Source of the DNA: Nitrospirota bacterium
Lineage (GTDB): Bacteria; Nitrospirota; Thermodesulfovibrionia; UBA6902
Reading direction: 5' to 3'
Assembly (NCBI GenBank): GCA_016234115.1
Contig: JACRHD010000067.1
Coordinates: forward strand, 13,875-77,874
Length of the DNA stretch: 64,000 nucleotides
The position numbers and the translations under genes were made by a program. Below, piece after piece: positions 37,289 through 46,678 of this stretch; position 1 is the stretch's first letter; every line of letters begins with the position of its first letter. Under the pieces are notes generated by a model. The model searched no databases. It had not been told where the DNA came from and was given only the letters and a program-made list of their open reading frames with translations.

Positions 37289-38887
37289 TTATTTCAGTCT
37301 GTATACATACATATCAGCGGTGAAACATATCCTGGATTTAATAAGATCAGGCGTTATTTCGTATAAGACATCATTGGCCCTCAGGATCCGGCAACTGAGG
37401 CGCGCCGACGTTGTCATGACCTCAACCGTTTCCATTTTTTCAAGCGGCCATTTAATATGTCCTGTAAAGTCAGTCTGAATTTCATGAAGTTTGGGAATAT
37501 CAAATATATACTGAACAGCACCATCCTTACGGGTCTGTTTCAAAAAGTCTGATATCTCTGTTTCATCATATGTATAGGTGATGATTTTACCCTGCATAAA
37601 CTGCGGTCCGTTTTTGAGATGAAGCACGGGTTTCAACTGCGCCGGAATAATATAATTTTCGGCATCATGTTGTTTCATGAACCCGTCCATCAGATCAAGT
37701 CCAAGAGAGTTTTTGTTCATAATGCTCCCAAGAGAAATAACCGACGCAAACACGTAAAAGAATACAAGTGAATATCCAGCGGGTCTCCTCCATCCTCCCC
37801 TTCGAAAGAATTCGTAAAGAATATAACCCAACAGAATTGCGGCAAAAGGCATAATTACCAGATAATACCTTTCATCCCGCTCCAGAGGTTTTGTAAAACC
37901 GATTACAGGGGCATAAATATAGAACAGCAAAATGACTGCCGTCAAAATAAACAACCATACAAAGTGGGTTCTATATGCCGAATACCGCTCACCGCTTTCC
38001 CTGCCGCTAAAAAACAGAATCGAGGTCCCGATGATTAGCGGAATCATCAGGGGAGCAATCCAGTGCGTGGCAAAACAGAGTATTATTCCATCAACGAAAT
38101 AACTATGAAACCTCGGGTGGAATTGATATTGGTTCGGCGTAAATACGTTTGTCTTGCCTGCGAGCATATTAAATCTTGCAAACGGATCTCCGGTCAGGTG
38201 CCAGACGATAAACATTTCAATGAGCATGACGGACAACAAGCCGGCAATTACAAATATAACGGAGGTTATATAATTTTTTTTCTTCGGTGTCTTAAAAAAG
38301 AGGATTGGAAAAGCAATAAACAATAATAACGATGTCTCACGAATCAGATAGCCGCATCCCAGCATCAAGCCTGCCAGCAATGATCCTTTTATATCGATAT
38401 TTTCATTTAACGTGACCCTGTATAACAGGTAAAGGAACAAGGCGCTGAAAAGCACCACCGGTCCGTCAGGATACATCACACCTGAATAATATACGTCCAG
38501 CGGCAAGATAGCGTATACTGAGGATGCTATAAGCGCTACTGCAGGATTAAATAAACTGCGGCCGGCAAAATATATAAAAAATAATGTTCCTGCGGACAAT
38601 AGCATAGGGAACACCATTGAAGTCAATTCCGACACTCCAAACAATTTCATTATTGCCCAGACGGGAAAAATCATCCCCAGCCTCATCCCCCAGTGCAAAG
38701 ATGAAGTTATAGACTTGCCGGCGTCGTCATGAAGCAGCAATTTCTCAATAACTGAAAAATAGATCATATCATCTGCGCCGGAAGGCCCCATGTAAAATAA
38801 ACATCGCAGCAATACCGCAGCAATGAGAATAAATAAGGAAAGAAAGATATATCCGGGATTATCTTCTTCTTGTTTCATGCGAGTCAA
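37289..38887 (-). CDS. Polytopic membrane glycosyltransferase, GT39/ArnT(PMT)-like
   Basis: About 11 TM helices in the first 400 aa with PMT/ArnT-like N-terminal loop, soluble C-terminal domain. Confidence 0.55.
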   Translation of the reverse strand: MTRMKQEEDNPGYIFLSLFILIAAVLLRCLFYMGPSGADDMIYFSVIEKLLLHDDAGKSITSSLHWGMRLGMIFPVWAIMKLFGVSELTSMVFPMLLSAGTLFFIYFAGRSLFNPAVALIASSVYAILPLDVYYSGVMYPDGPVVLFSALFLYLLYRVTLNENIDIKGSLLAGLMLGCGYLIRETSLLLFIAFPILFFKTPKKKNYITSVIFVIAGLLSVMLIEMFIVWHLTGDPFARFNMLAGKTNVFTPNQYQFHPRFHSYFVDGIILCFATHWIAPLMIPLIIGTSILFFSGRESGERYSAYRTHFVWLFILTAVILLFYIYAPVIGFTKPLERDERYYLVIMPFAAILLGYILYEFFRRGGWRRPAGYSLVFFYVFASVISLGSIMNKNSLGLDLMDGFMKQHDAENYIIPAQLKPVLHLKNGPQFMQGKIITYTYDETEISDFLKQTRKDGAVQYIFDIPKLHEIQTDFTGHIKWPLEKMETVEVMTTSARLSCRILRANDVLYEITPDLIKSRICFTADMYVYRLK

Positions 38888-39608
38888 CTCTGAAACCTTT
38901 GCCGTCTATCCGCGCGATAACCCAGGGTTTCAGCATCGCATACCAGTCCTTAAAGGGACTGATTTTACTGTAACGTTTACCTTTTGGGGGATATTGCATG
39001 GTTATCGGGACTTCTTTCCAACGAATATCTGTTGACAAAAGCACCTTGGCGTAAAGGTAATACTCAAATGCGTATGTGTACATCCAGCGCTTATGCCAGT
39101 CAAAATCAGCCCTTCGTATAATATCCAGACGAAGCGCCCTGTAGCCGCACGTTGCATCAGTCAGCCTAATCCCTGTCAATAATCTCACAAAAAGATTAAC
39201 CATGGGTATAGTATGACGCCTGAACCCCGGCAAATTGGGTGAATCTCCGCCTTCAAGGAAACGGCTGCCGGTGACATAGTCGACTTCATCCCTGACGATC
39301 GGCCCCATCACGCGACTCATCTCTGCCGGCAGCATTTTGCCGTTGGCCGCAAACGTCCCGAAAAGTTCATAACTTCTTTGTAAGGCCCAGTCGAGAGCCT
39401 TGATATAAGAATAGCCGAGCCCCATTCTTTGGTCATTATTTAAACAGAAATAGCCGCTCTTTCTTATCAGATCATCCGACCCGTCTGTCGAACCGTCGTT
39501 GATAAACAGCAAGGTATCGCAAGGCAGATCAACTGATTTAAACTCCGATAATACTTTAGGGAGTTCTTCGATCTGGTTATATACCGGTATAAAATAAACA
39601 CTCTTCAT
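38859..39608 (-). CDS. Glycosyltransferase family 2
   Basis: 'VYFIPVYNQIEEL...FINDGSTDGSDDL' GT2 N-terminus; start set at Met 'MKSVYF'. Confidence 0.75.
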   Translation of the reverse strand: MKSVYFIPVYNQIEELPKVLSEFKSVDLPCDTLLFINDGSTDGSDDLIRKSGYFCLNNDQRMGLGYSYIKALDWALQRSYELFGTFAANGKMLPAEMSRVMGPIVRDEVDYVTGSRFLEGGDSPNLPGFRRHTIPMVNLFVRLLTGIRLTDATCGYRALRLDIIRRADFDWHKRWMYTYAFEYYLYAKVLLSTDIRWKEVPITMQYPPKGKRYSKISPFKDWYAMLKPWVIARIDGKGFRVDSHETRRR

Positions 39609-39659
39609 ATTCTTATCGACAAACTGGAAGAACAAATTTCTTCAGCATAATTAAATATG

Positions 39660-40751
39660 TTATCCAGCCGACAATCTCTTAAGTCTTTCATGCAGCAACT
39701 TTTCATGCTTCTCCACATTTTCTATAGTAGAAAGCTTCGGCATAAAGTCCAATCCTCGTATCCAGATCAGGTTTTCAGGCAAAGGATTTATCTTCTTCTG
39801 AATTGCCGGCAGTTCATTATCCAGCCCGATTTTTGTAAAAATATAAGGCATATTCAATCCAGCCTCGGTAAAAAAGTGGTGCGTAGTGAAAAACCTGCCT
39901 ATGTTGATTTCAGTGGGGTTGGGGACCCCGTTTTTATTATAGGTCATATCAACGCTGAAAATTCCGTGTGGAGTTTTATCAATGGCGAGAATCGCCCGTT
40001 CTGAAATATCATCGACATGGGGGTCAGATATTGTCACACCGGCTCCTGTCAATCCCGTCACCCCCGATGGCGCCCTGTTGCCAAATTCCCAATAAAGCCT
40101 TTTTCGCGTTTGAGCAACGACAAGATTACCTTGATGCCAGATCGACTGCCATGTGATCATCGACGTTGGATCAAGCATCTCTGCCGCGGTATAGCTGCCC
40201 CATCCCTTGTGAGCGTCTATCCAGAGCCTCCCCTCTTCAAAGCTTTCAGAAGGCAGAGACCCTTTCCCGAAGGCTCCTTTGTCTTCCCTTATCCAGAGGG
40301 GCGAGCCGCATTCGTCAAAGGCCTTTCGAAGATCATCAGGTGTATTTATATAATGGGTCTTAGGCACAACTATACCGGCCCGGCTCCAGTGTTCATAAGA
40401 TTCATATTTGCTTAGACAAATGTCTATTATTCTGTGAGCGGGCAAAAAATATTTTACCCCCAACTCGTCGAAATCGCCTCTTAACAGAGAAAGACTGCGA
40501 ATTTCCACGTCAGTCTGGGAATGGATAAAGTCGGGTCTTGTTTCCTTTACTATATCCAGCAATACAGCCCTGTATCCGGCATCTGATGCCTTTGGTATTA
40601 AATAATTTTCCTCGGCCTCAGACCGTTCCAGGTAGTATTTGTTTGCATCGCATCCGATAATATAAAAGTCCCCGTCGGCCTGCCGCAAAGACCTTATGAA
40701 GCCTAACGCCGCTGAACCGCCGGCACTGGTCATCAGAATTTTTTTCTTCAT
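39660..40751 (-). CDS. ATP-grasp domain enzyme (carboxylate-amine ligase-like)
   Basis: Pre-ATP-grasp N-domain 'KILMTSAGGSAALGFIRSL', central 'WIREDKGAFGKG' and C-terminal 'FSVDMTY...PTEINIGRF' ATP-grasp fold elements. Confidence 0.65.
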   Translation of the reverse strand: MKKKILMTSAGGSAALGFIRSLRQADGDFYIIGCDANKYYLERSEAEENYLIPKASDAGYRAVLLDIVKETRPDFIHSQTDVEIRSLSLLRGDFDELGVKYFLPAHRIIDICLSKYESYEHWSRAGIVVPKTHYINTPDDLRKAFDECGSPLWIREDKGAFGKGSLPSESFEEGRLWIDAHKGWGSYTAAEMLDPTSMITWQSIWHQGNLVVAQTRKRLYWEFGNRAPSGVTGLTGAGVTISDPHVDDISERAILAIDKTPHGIFSVDMTYNKNGVPNPTEINIGRFFTTHHFFTEAGLNMPYIFTKIGLDNELPAIQKKINPLPENLIWIRGLDFMPKLSTIENVEKHEKLLHERLKRLSAG

Positions 40752-40781
40752 AAAAACTCTCCTTACTATTAAGAAATATTA

Positions 40782-41939
40782 TCAGGATACCAGGTACCTC
40801 AGTATCCCCGTTTCGTGTTTCTTGGAATAATCTTTTATCTCCCCTATCATTTCGAGTACGTCATAAATATTGTCAATTTTCCCTCCCATCACGATGGAGA
40901 AGTTCTTAATGCCGTAATCCTTCCTGAACAAGATTGGTCTTCCATCATCTATTTCATTTTTTATTAATACGGTTTTTACCTCATATAGAGAATCCACATA
41001 TTGAACTTCTTTCACTAATGGGAGATACCTTTCCGCGTCCCTGACCATGAATTGGAAATGCGATTTCAATTTAATCCCCTTAAGATGCGCATGACCGTCA
41101 ATAAAACTATCCATGTCGTGCCAGTTGTAATGCGGCGTATATCTTACATGGTGGAATGAATGCATATTCAAAGAGGGATAGGGCATGAGAGAAAAAAAAG
41201 GGCCGTCCATAATCGTAATTCCAGCATATCTAAGCTCCTCAGGCATCTTCAACAAAGGCATCTCGGTAACTTCATGTTTTAAAGGGAGTAAAGGGAGACC
41301 GGAATTAAGCAGTAATTTGTTTATCAGGGAATACGTGCAATTGAAAACTTTCCCCGCCCGCAGCCTTATCCCGTCATTTGTCAGATACAAAACAACTTCG
41401 CCATTTTCAGTCTGTTCTGCTCTATCAACCTCTTTACTATACCAGACGGTAATGCCCGCTTTTTCAAGCCGTTGTTTCAATATATTCCGAAGCTTGACAG
41501 CATCAAAAGCCACCTCATGGACGGAAAAAACCTCTTCAATATTATCCATATTAAATAGTTTTCTCATCCTACCAGAGGCGGTTTTTATCGGAGCGCCAAT
41601 CCGTTTATATAATTCAAAAAACTGATACGCATTAATTTTTGAGCCTTTCCTGGCGATCGCATAGATCTTCTCGAATTCGTCATAAATACATCCCTTGAAG
41701 TCCAGCATGAATTTCGGAAAATTCTTAAAAGATCTGATCGCTGTCACAAGGCTCCTCGGATAGTGATACCCCGTATGGACCCTTGCCTGGTTGATAGCCG
41801 AAGCTCTCAAAAGAAGGTCGGTCTCTTTTTCAACAACAAGTATCTTGTCGCAAAAATTACGGATGACAAGGGCGATACAACACCCGTAAAATCCCCCGCC
41901 TATAATTACCGCATCAAATTTTGTTGAATCAGATGACAT
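40782..41939 (-). CDS. FAD-dependent oxidoreductase (DAO/glycine-oxidase-like)
   Basis: 'FDAVIIGGGFYGCCIALVI...VVEKE' dinucleotide-binding motif; start moved to Met preceding 'SSDSTKFDAV' to avoid overlap. Confidence 0.65.
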   Translation of the reverse strand: MSSDSTKFDAVIIGGGFYGCCIALVIRNFCDKILVVEKETDLLLRASAINQARVHTGYHYPRSLVTAIRSFKNFPKFMLDFKGCIYDEFEKIYAIARKGSKINAYQFFELYKRIGAPIKTASGRMRKLFNMDNIEEVFSVHEVAFDAVKLRNILKQRLEKAGITVWYSKEVDRAEQTENGEVVLYLTNDGIRLRAGKVFNCTYSLINKLLLNSGLPLLPLKHEVTEMPLLKMPEELRYAGITIMDGPFFSLMPYPSLNMHSFHHVRYTPHYNWHDMDSFIDGHAHLKGIKLKSHFQFMVRDAERYLPLVKEVQYVDSLYEVKTVLIKNEIDDGRPILFRKDYGIKNFSIVMGGKIDNIYDVLEMIGEIKDYSKKHETGILRYLVS

Positions 41940-42903
41940 TTTTCCTGTCGGCATCGCCCGGGAAAACCGAACTGTTAGATTCATCCGCTAAGAAATATAT
42001 ATCGCCCTTCTTGGTTTCCCTCAGGACACGGGCAACATATTCCCCTATGATCGCCAGCATCAGAAACATCAGGAAGAACATTGTGGCGTTGACGAGCTGG
42101 GTTGACGTCCATCCCTGAGGTATATATGCCCGGAAAAATATAAAACCCACCACTACGTAGAGGACCAAAAAAAGATTCAGCATGCTTGCAAGCAACCCGA
42201 TAAACGACGCTATCCTTATCAGTTTTTCGGAGTTCGAGACTATGACCTCTATTGCGAAGGTAAATGCATTAAAGTAATTTTCTTTCTTCTTTCTGCCGCT
42301 GCGGTTTATCCTTGCATATGGAACGGCGCAGCGATTATAACCGATTTCCAGCAACAGGTACTTGATATATCTGCTTCGGTCCTTAATTCTGACAATTGAG
42401 TTTACCGCCCTCCTGCTAAAGACTATAAATTTCGAAAAACCCGGCCTAACATTATACCCCGTCAGGAATCTGCTTAGTTTGAAAAATACAAAAGAAAACA
42501 ATTTGTCGAGAAACGGCTTTTCGCTCTCATCAGTCCTCTCTGCAATTACCACATCGAAACCGGATATGGCCCTGTCTATCAATTGCGGAATCAAAGACGG
42601 CGGATCGTAATTAGGGTCCATTAATACAACAAAATCCCCTATGCAGTTATTTAATGCGGCCTGATATGTAATCTCATCATCATACTTCTTGGATAATATG
42701 ATCAGCCTTATATTATTTATTCTTTTTTGCAGTTCCTTTACCTTTAACACAGAGGCGTCGGTGGAACCGTTATCAATTAAAACCAGCTCATAATTTGCAT
42801 ACGATCCCGTAACGGCATCTGTCGTGTCTTTGATAAAAGATTCCATTATATCCGCATTGTTATTTATAACCGCCGCTACCGAAATCAGATTGTCAATATT
42901 CAT
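41929..42903 (-). CDS. GT2 polyprenyl-phosphate glycosyltransferase (GtrB/ArnC-like, with C-terminal TM helices)
   Basis: 'ELVLIDNGSTDAS', 'LMDPNYDPP' GT2 motifs, two C-terminal TM helices typical of GtrB/ArnC. Confidence 0.75.
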   Translation of the reverse strand: MNIDNLISVAAVINNNADIMESFIKDTTDAVTGSYANYELVLIDNGSTDASVLKVKELQKRINNIRLIILSKKYDDEITYQAALNNCIGDFVVLMDPNYDPPSLIPQLIDRAISGFDVVIAERTDESEKPFLDKLFSFVFFKLSRFLTGYNVRPGFSKFIVFSRRAVNSIVRIKDRSRYIKYLLLEIGYNRCAVPYARINRSGRKKKENYFNAFTFAIEVIVSNSEKLIRIASFIGLLASMLNLFLVLYVVVGFIFFRAYIPQGWTSTQLVNATMFFLMFLMLAIIGEYVARVLRETKKGDIYFLADESNSSVFPGDADRKNVI

Positions 42904-42924
42904 TAGTGCCTCTCTTCATAGAAA

Positions 42925-44052
42925 TTATTTATGCAATGTATCCTTGATGCATTCGGCGACATACTTGATCTCTTCTTCGGTCAATTCCGGAAACATGGGA
43001 AGACTCAATATCTCATCCTGATACGCAGTCGCGACCGGAAAAGCTCCAGGAGGGCAGACAAGATGTTTGTACACGTTCAGATTCGGCAGCGCTATGGGAT
43101 AATGCACTATAGTGGGGACCCCCATTTCCTTTAATCTTAACATTATGTTGTCCCTGTTTTTAAGGCGAACTACGAAGAGGTGAAAAACATGCGACCCTGC
43201 AAGGGGAACTTCCGGCAACACTATACCATCTGTATTGCCAAGATATTTATGATAAAGGAGCGCATTCTTATACCTCTCGTCGCTCCATTTGGCAAGATAC
43301 TTCAATTTGATATTGAGGACAGCGGCCTGAATTCCGTCAAGACGGCTGTTGACGCCCTCGCACCTGTGATCATATCTTGAGGCCTGACCATGATTTGCAA
43401 ACATCCTCATCCGCATGGCCAGTTCTTCATTATTCGTGACTATCGCACCTGCATCCCCGAAAGCTCCGAGGTTTTTACTTGGGTAAAAACTGAAACAACC
43501 CGCATCTCCGATGCTGCCGGATTTCTTGCCTTCATATTCCGCCAGATGAGCCTGAGCACAGTCTTCGATAACCTTCAGATTGTATTTCTCCGCCAGGCCC
43601 AAAATCTGCCCCATTTCAGCGACCCTTCCGTAAAGATGAACAGGGACCATCGCCTTGACCCGCATATCTCTGCCATTAGCCTTTTTCTCCAGGCACTCCT
43701 TCAGCTTTATGACATCCATGTTGAATGTATCCGGGTCACAGTCAACAAAAACAGGCCGCGCGCCTGTCATGGTAATGGCTTCCGCAGTTGCAAAATAAGA
43801 GTTTGCGACAGTAATGACTTCATCGCCTTCCCCGATACCTGCCAGTTTCATAGCGATGAAAAGCGCATCCGTGCCATTGCCGACGCTGACACAGTATTTT
43901 GAGCCGCAGGCTTCTGCAAATGCCCTTTCAAACCTCTCCACCTCTTCCCCGCCGATAAACGCACAGTCGTCAATAATTTCTTTTATGGCAGTATCAATTT
44001 CATCTTTAATGGATATATACTGCTTCTTCAAATCAGCGAACTGTATGTTCAC
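42925..44052 (-). CDS. DegT/DnrJ/EryC1/StrS-family PLP-dependent sugar aminotransferase
   Basis: 'VSVGNGTDALFIAM', 'VIEDCAQAH', 'SFYPSKNLGAFGDAG' (PLP lysine) motifs. Confidence 0.88.
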   Translation of the reverse strand: MNIQFADLKKQYISIKDEIDTAIKEIIDDCAFIGGEEVERFERAFAEACGSKYCVSVGNGTDALFIAMKLAGIGEGDEVITVANSYFATAEAITMTGARPVFVDCDPDTFNMDVIKLKECLEKKANGRDMRVKAMVPVHLYGRVAEMGQILGLAEKYNLKVIEDCAQAHLAEYEGKKSGSIGDAGCFSFYPSKNLGAFGDAGAIVTNNEELAMRMRMFANHGQASRYDHRCEGVNSRLDGIQAAVLNIKLKYLAKWSDERYKNALLYHKYLGNTDGIVLPEVPLAGSHVFHLFVVRLKNRDNIMLRLKEMGVPTIVHYPIALPNLNVYKHLVCPPGAFPVATAYQDEILSLPMFPELTEEEIKYVAECIKDTLHK

Positions 44053-44174
44053 AATTATATTCCTCCTCTTGCGTTACTGTTTATCTTTTCCCACATATGA
44101 CATAGAGAATATGGATTCACGTAAACGGGAAGAAGTACGTATGCAAAAAATAGGGCCGGATGTGTACATCCTGC

Positions 44175-44861
44175 CTAGTCCCTACTTTTATTATGACCTG
44201 TGTGGCAAAAGAGATTTTCGGCATCCCTCAGATGCTCAATAATGTAATCAGGATCATAGCTTTGAAGTATTTCTTTTGTGCGTATGCCTGATGATACGGC
44301 AATGGTTTTCAGTCCAATTTCCTTTCCAGCCAAGATATCATCCTCCGTGTCTCCGATAAAATAGCCGGAAGCGCATGTAAAGTCAATGACGCTCTCCTGT
44401 TTATATAACGCCGTCTTTATCTTCCAACCAGGAACCCCTTCGTGATATCCGGACAAGACGCGGTCAAAATACTTTCCGATGTTCAGCCGGGTAAGCTGGG
44501 CTTTCAAGGCTTTTTCGTTCCTTCGCAGCGTAATCAAAAATATCTTGCAAAAAATATCTTTAAAAGACGTTAACATCCGGTGTATATCAGGCTGCAAAAA
44601 GTCCATCAATAAATAGCGGTCCTCTTCGATTTTAGAAAGTTTCAACTGAATGAACCGACTATAACAATCCTCTCCGAGTCCGCTTTGCAGCAGCAAGTGT
44701 TTTTCACTCGCACAGCTTCGCTTCTGCTCCCAGAATACTTCCTTTGATAACGGGACGCCTCCGAACTCCCGGACACTATCCCTGTAAACCGTATAATACC
44801 TGTCTTCGCAATTAATTATAGGTCCGTCCATATCTGTGCAAAGGATATTGTTCGTCATCAA
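44175..44861 (-). CDS. HAD-family hydrolase
   Basis: N-terminal 'LCTDMDGPII' (DxDG motif I) and C-terminal 'FIGDTEDD' HAD motifs. Confidence 0.7.
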   Translation of the reverse strand: MMTNNILCTDMDGPIINCEDRYYTVYRDSVREFGGVPLSKEVFWEQKRSCASEKHLLLQSGLGEDCYSRFIQLKLSKIEEDRYLLMDFLQPDIHRMLTSFKDIFCKIFLITLRRNEKALKAQLTRLNIGKYFDRVLSGYHEGVPGWKIKTALYKQESVIDFTCASGYFIGDTEDDILAGKEIGLKTIAVSSGIRTKEILQSYDPDYIIEHLRDAENLFCHTGHNKSRD

Positions 44862-44870
44862 TGAGCCTCT

Positions 44871-45476
44871 CTATTCGACTACAAGAAAACCTTTATTGTC
44901 GATAAGATCTAAAAGCATCTGCCCTGCCGTCCTGATGTCCGTCCTCGCCGTATCGATAACAAGATCGGGATTCTCCGGCTCCTCATAGGGGGAGTCAATA
45001 CCGGTATAGTTTTTAATAATCCCAGCTCTTGCCTTTTTATACTGACCCTTAGGGTCGCGCATTTCACACACTTCAAGAGAGCATTTGACGTATACTTCAA
45101 GAAAATTATCATCTTCGAACCGTGTCCTGAAATACTCTCTGTTTTCCTTATTGGGAGATATAAATGCCGCAAATACAAGCATGCCGGCATCGGCAAATAA
45201 TTTTGAGACCTCGACAATTCGACGAAGGTTTTCTTTCCTGTGTTCACGGCTGAATCCCAAATTACTGTTAAGGCCATGCCTGACATTATCTCCATCCAGG
45301 ACATATGCATGAACATCCCGGGCAAACAATTCCCTTTCCGCATAGTGCGCGATTGTGGATTTTCCGGAACCGGAAAGTCCCGTCAAAAGTATGAGACCGC
45401 TTTTATGTTTAAAAAAGCGATTTCTCTCCTCTCTTTTCACATATTTGTCATGCCAGATGACATTATTCTTTTGCAC
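44871..45476 (-). CDS. cysC: Adenylyl-sulfate (APS) kinase
   Basis: P-loop 'LTGLSGSGKST', 'LDGDNVRHGLN', 'FISP' CysC motifs. Confidence 0.9.
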   Translation of the reverse strand: MQKNNVIWHDKYVKREERNRFFKHKSGLILLTGLSGSGKSTIAHYAERELFARDVHAYVLDGDNVRHGLNSNLGFSREHRKENLRRIVEVSKLFADAGMLVFAAFISPNKENREYFRTRFEDDNFLEVYVKCSLEVCEMRDPKGQYKKARAGIIKNYTGIDSPYEEPENPDLVIDTARTDIRTAGQMLLDLIDNKGFLVVE

Positions 45477-45552
45477 GATTCGCTTACCTCCTTCATTTCC
45501 AAATGATGAATGATTATAGCCGCTTGGTAGTGCAAAAAAGCATTAAATTGTT

Positions 45553-46467
45553 TTAATCCGCGAAAGGCTCTTTGCCGAAGTATCTAATTTTAATACCGTC
45601 TATGACATTGGTCCTGAATAAAAAGTTTACCTTCATTATTGATTCGTGAACATGATATGCGGCCTTCATAAATCCATTTATTCCAGTTTCATCATAGGTA
45701 GTTTCATATCCAAATCGTTTTAATGTATCTGCCGCGGTATTTTCAAATACCTTTATCTGTCGCTCACTCATTGTACTTTTCCATTTATTATAATTGCCCT
45801 TCCTTATCCCTTTTATCAATTTATTCATTTCCTTCTCATGAAACTCTTCATCTATAAATTTATATAAGTCACGCAGTATTTTCTCAGCATTATCAAGTAA
45901 ATCTTCATACCTTAAAAAGAACAACTGCTTCTGATTGTTCAATTGTTCCAGAATTTGATTGCTCCTATTGTATTTATTCCATCTCTCGGCACACGTAAAA
46001 ATGTTATGTTCCCCCCACGGCTCGTTCAATAAAGAAAGGGCGACGTCACGTCCGTCACGGACAATGAAGATATATTTCGAATTAGGGAATATCTCATATA
46101 GGATGTCCACATCTAACGTAAAATGCGGCGTTTTATCACCCCACAACCTGTTCCCATTTTTTCTTGCCATTTTCATACATAAGTTATGGACTATTTCTCT
46201 GTAGCTGAATTCTTCAAGTTCTTCATAAAAGCGATCAAGGTCAATTCTTATTTTCCATTGCATCACAGACCTTGTCTTTAAGATGTCTTTTAATAACTTA
46301 GTCAAATTATTCTTGTCCCTGAGATTACCGTAATTATCCAGATGCTTGTAATACTTCGTAATAAAGTGGGTCTCAACCAGCTCTCCATAACTTGAACATT
46401 GCAATAAACTTGCAAGTAAGGTAGTCCCCGACCTTTCGCATCCTAAAATAAAAAGCGGCTGCTTCAA
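45553..46467 (-). CDS. Sulfotransferase-family protein (PAPS-dependent)
   Basis: 5'-PSB-like 'ILGCERSGTTLL' and 3'-PB-like 'IFIVRDGRDVALS' motifs; adjacent to APS kinase. Confidence 0.8.
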   Translation of the reverse strand: MKQPLFILGCERSGTTLLASLLQCSSYGELVETHFITKYYKHLDNYGNLRDKNNLTKLLKDILKTRSVMQWKIRIDLDRFYEELEEFSYREIVHNLCMKMARKNGNRLWGDKTPHFTLDVDILYEIFPNSKYIFIVRDGRDVALSLLNEPWGEHNIFTCAERWNKYNRSNQILEQLNNQKQLFFLRYEDLLDNAEKILRDLYKFIDEEFHEKEMNKLIKGIRKGNYNKWKSTMSERQIKVFENTAADTLKRFGYETTYDETGINGFMKAAYHVHESIMKVNFLFRTNVIDGIKIRYFGKEPFAD

Positions 46468-46678
46468 TTTTCTCGTATCTTACTGACTGTTATTAGAAAT
46501 AATAGTTAGAAATAATGTCTTCCCTGTTACGGGTGAAAATGAACGGAAGGTGTAAATTCAATCCTGAGGCTCTTGATATGACTGATCTTTATACAAGTCC
46601 TGGCAAGAATAATGCGATTGTACTTTCATGGCAGCCTATTAACGCTATGTTTTTCAGATAGTCGGTCTATTTCCGTTA

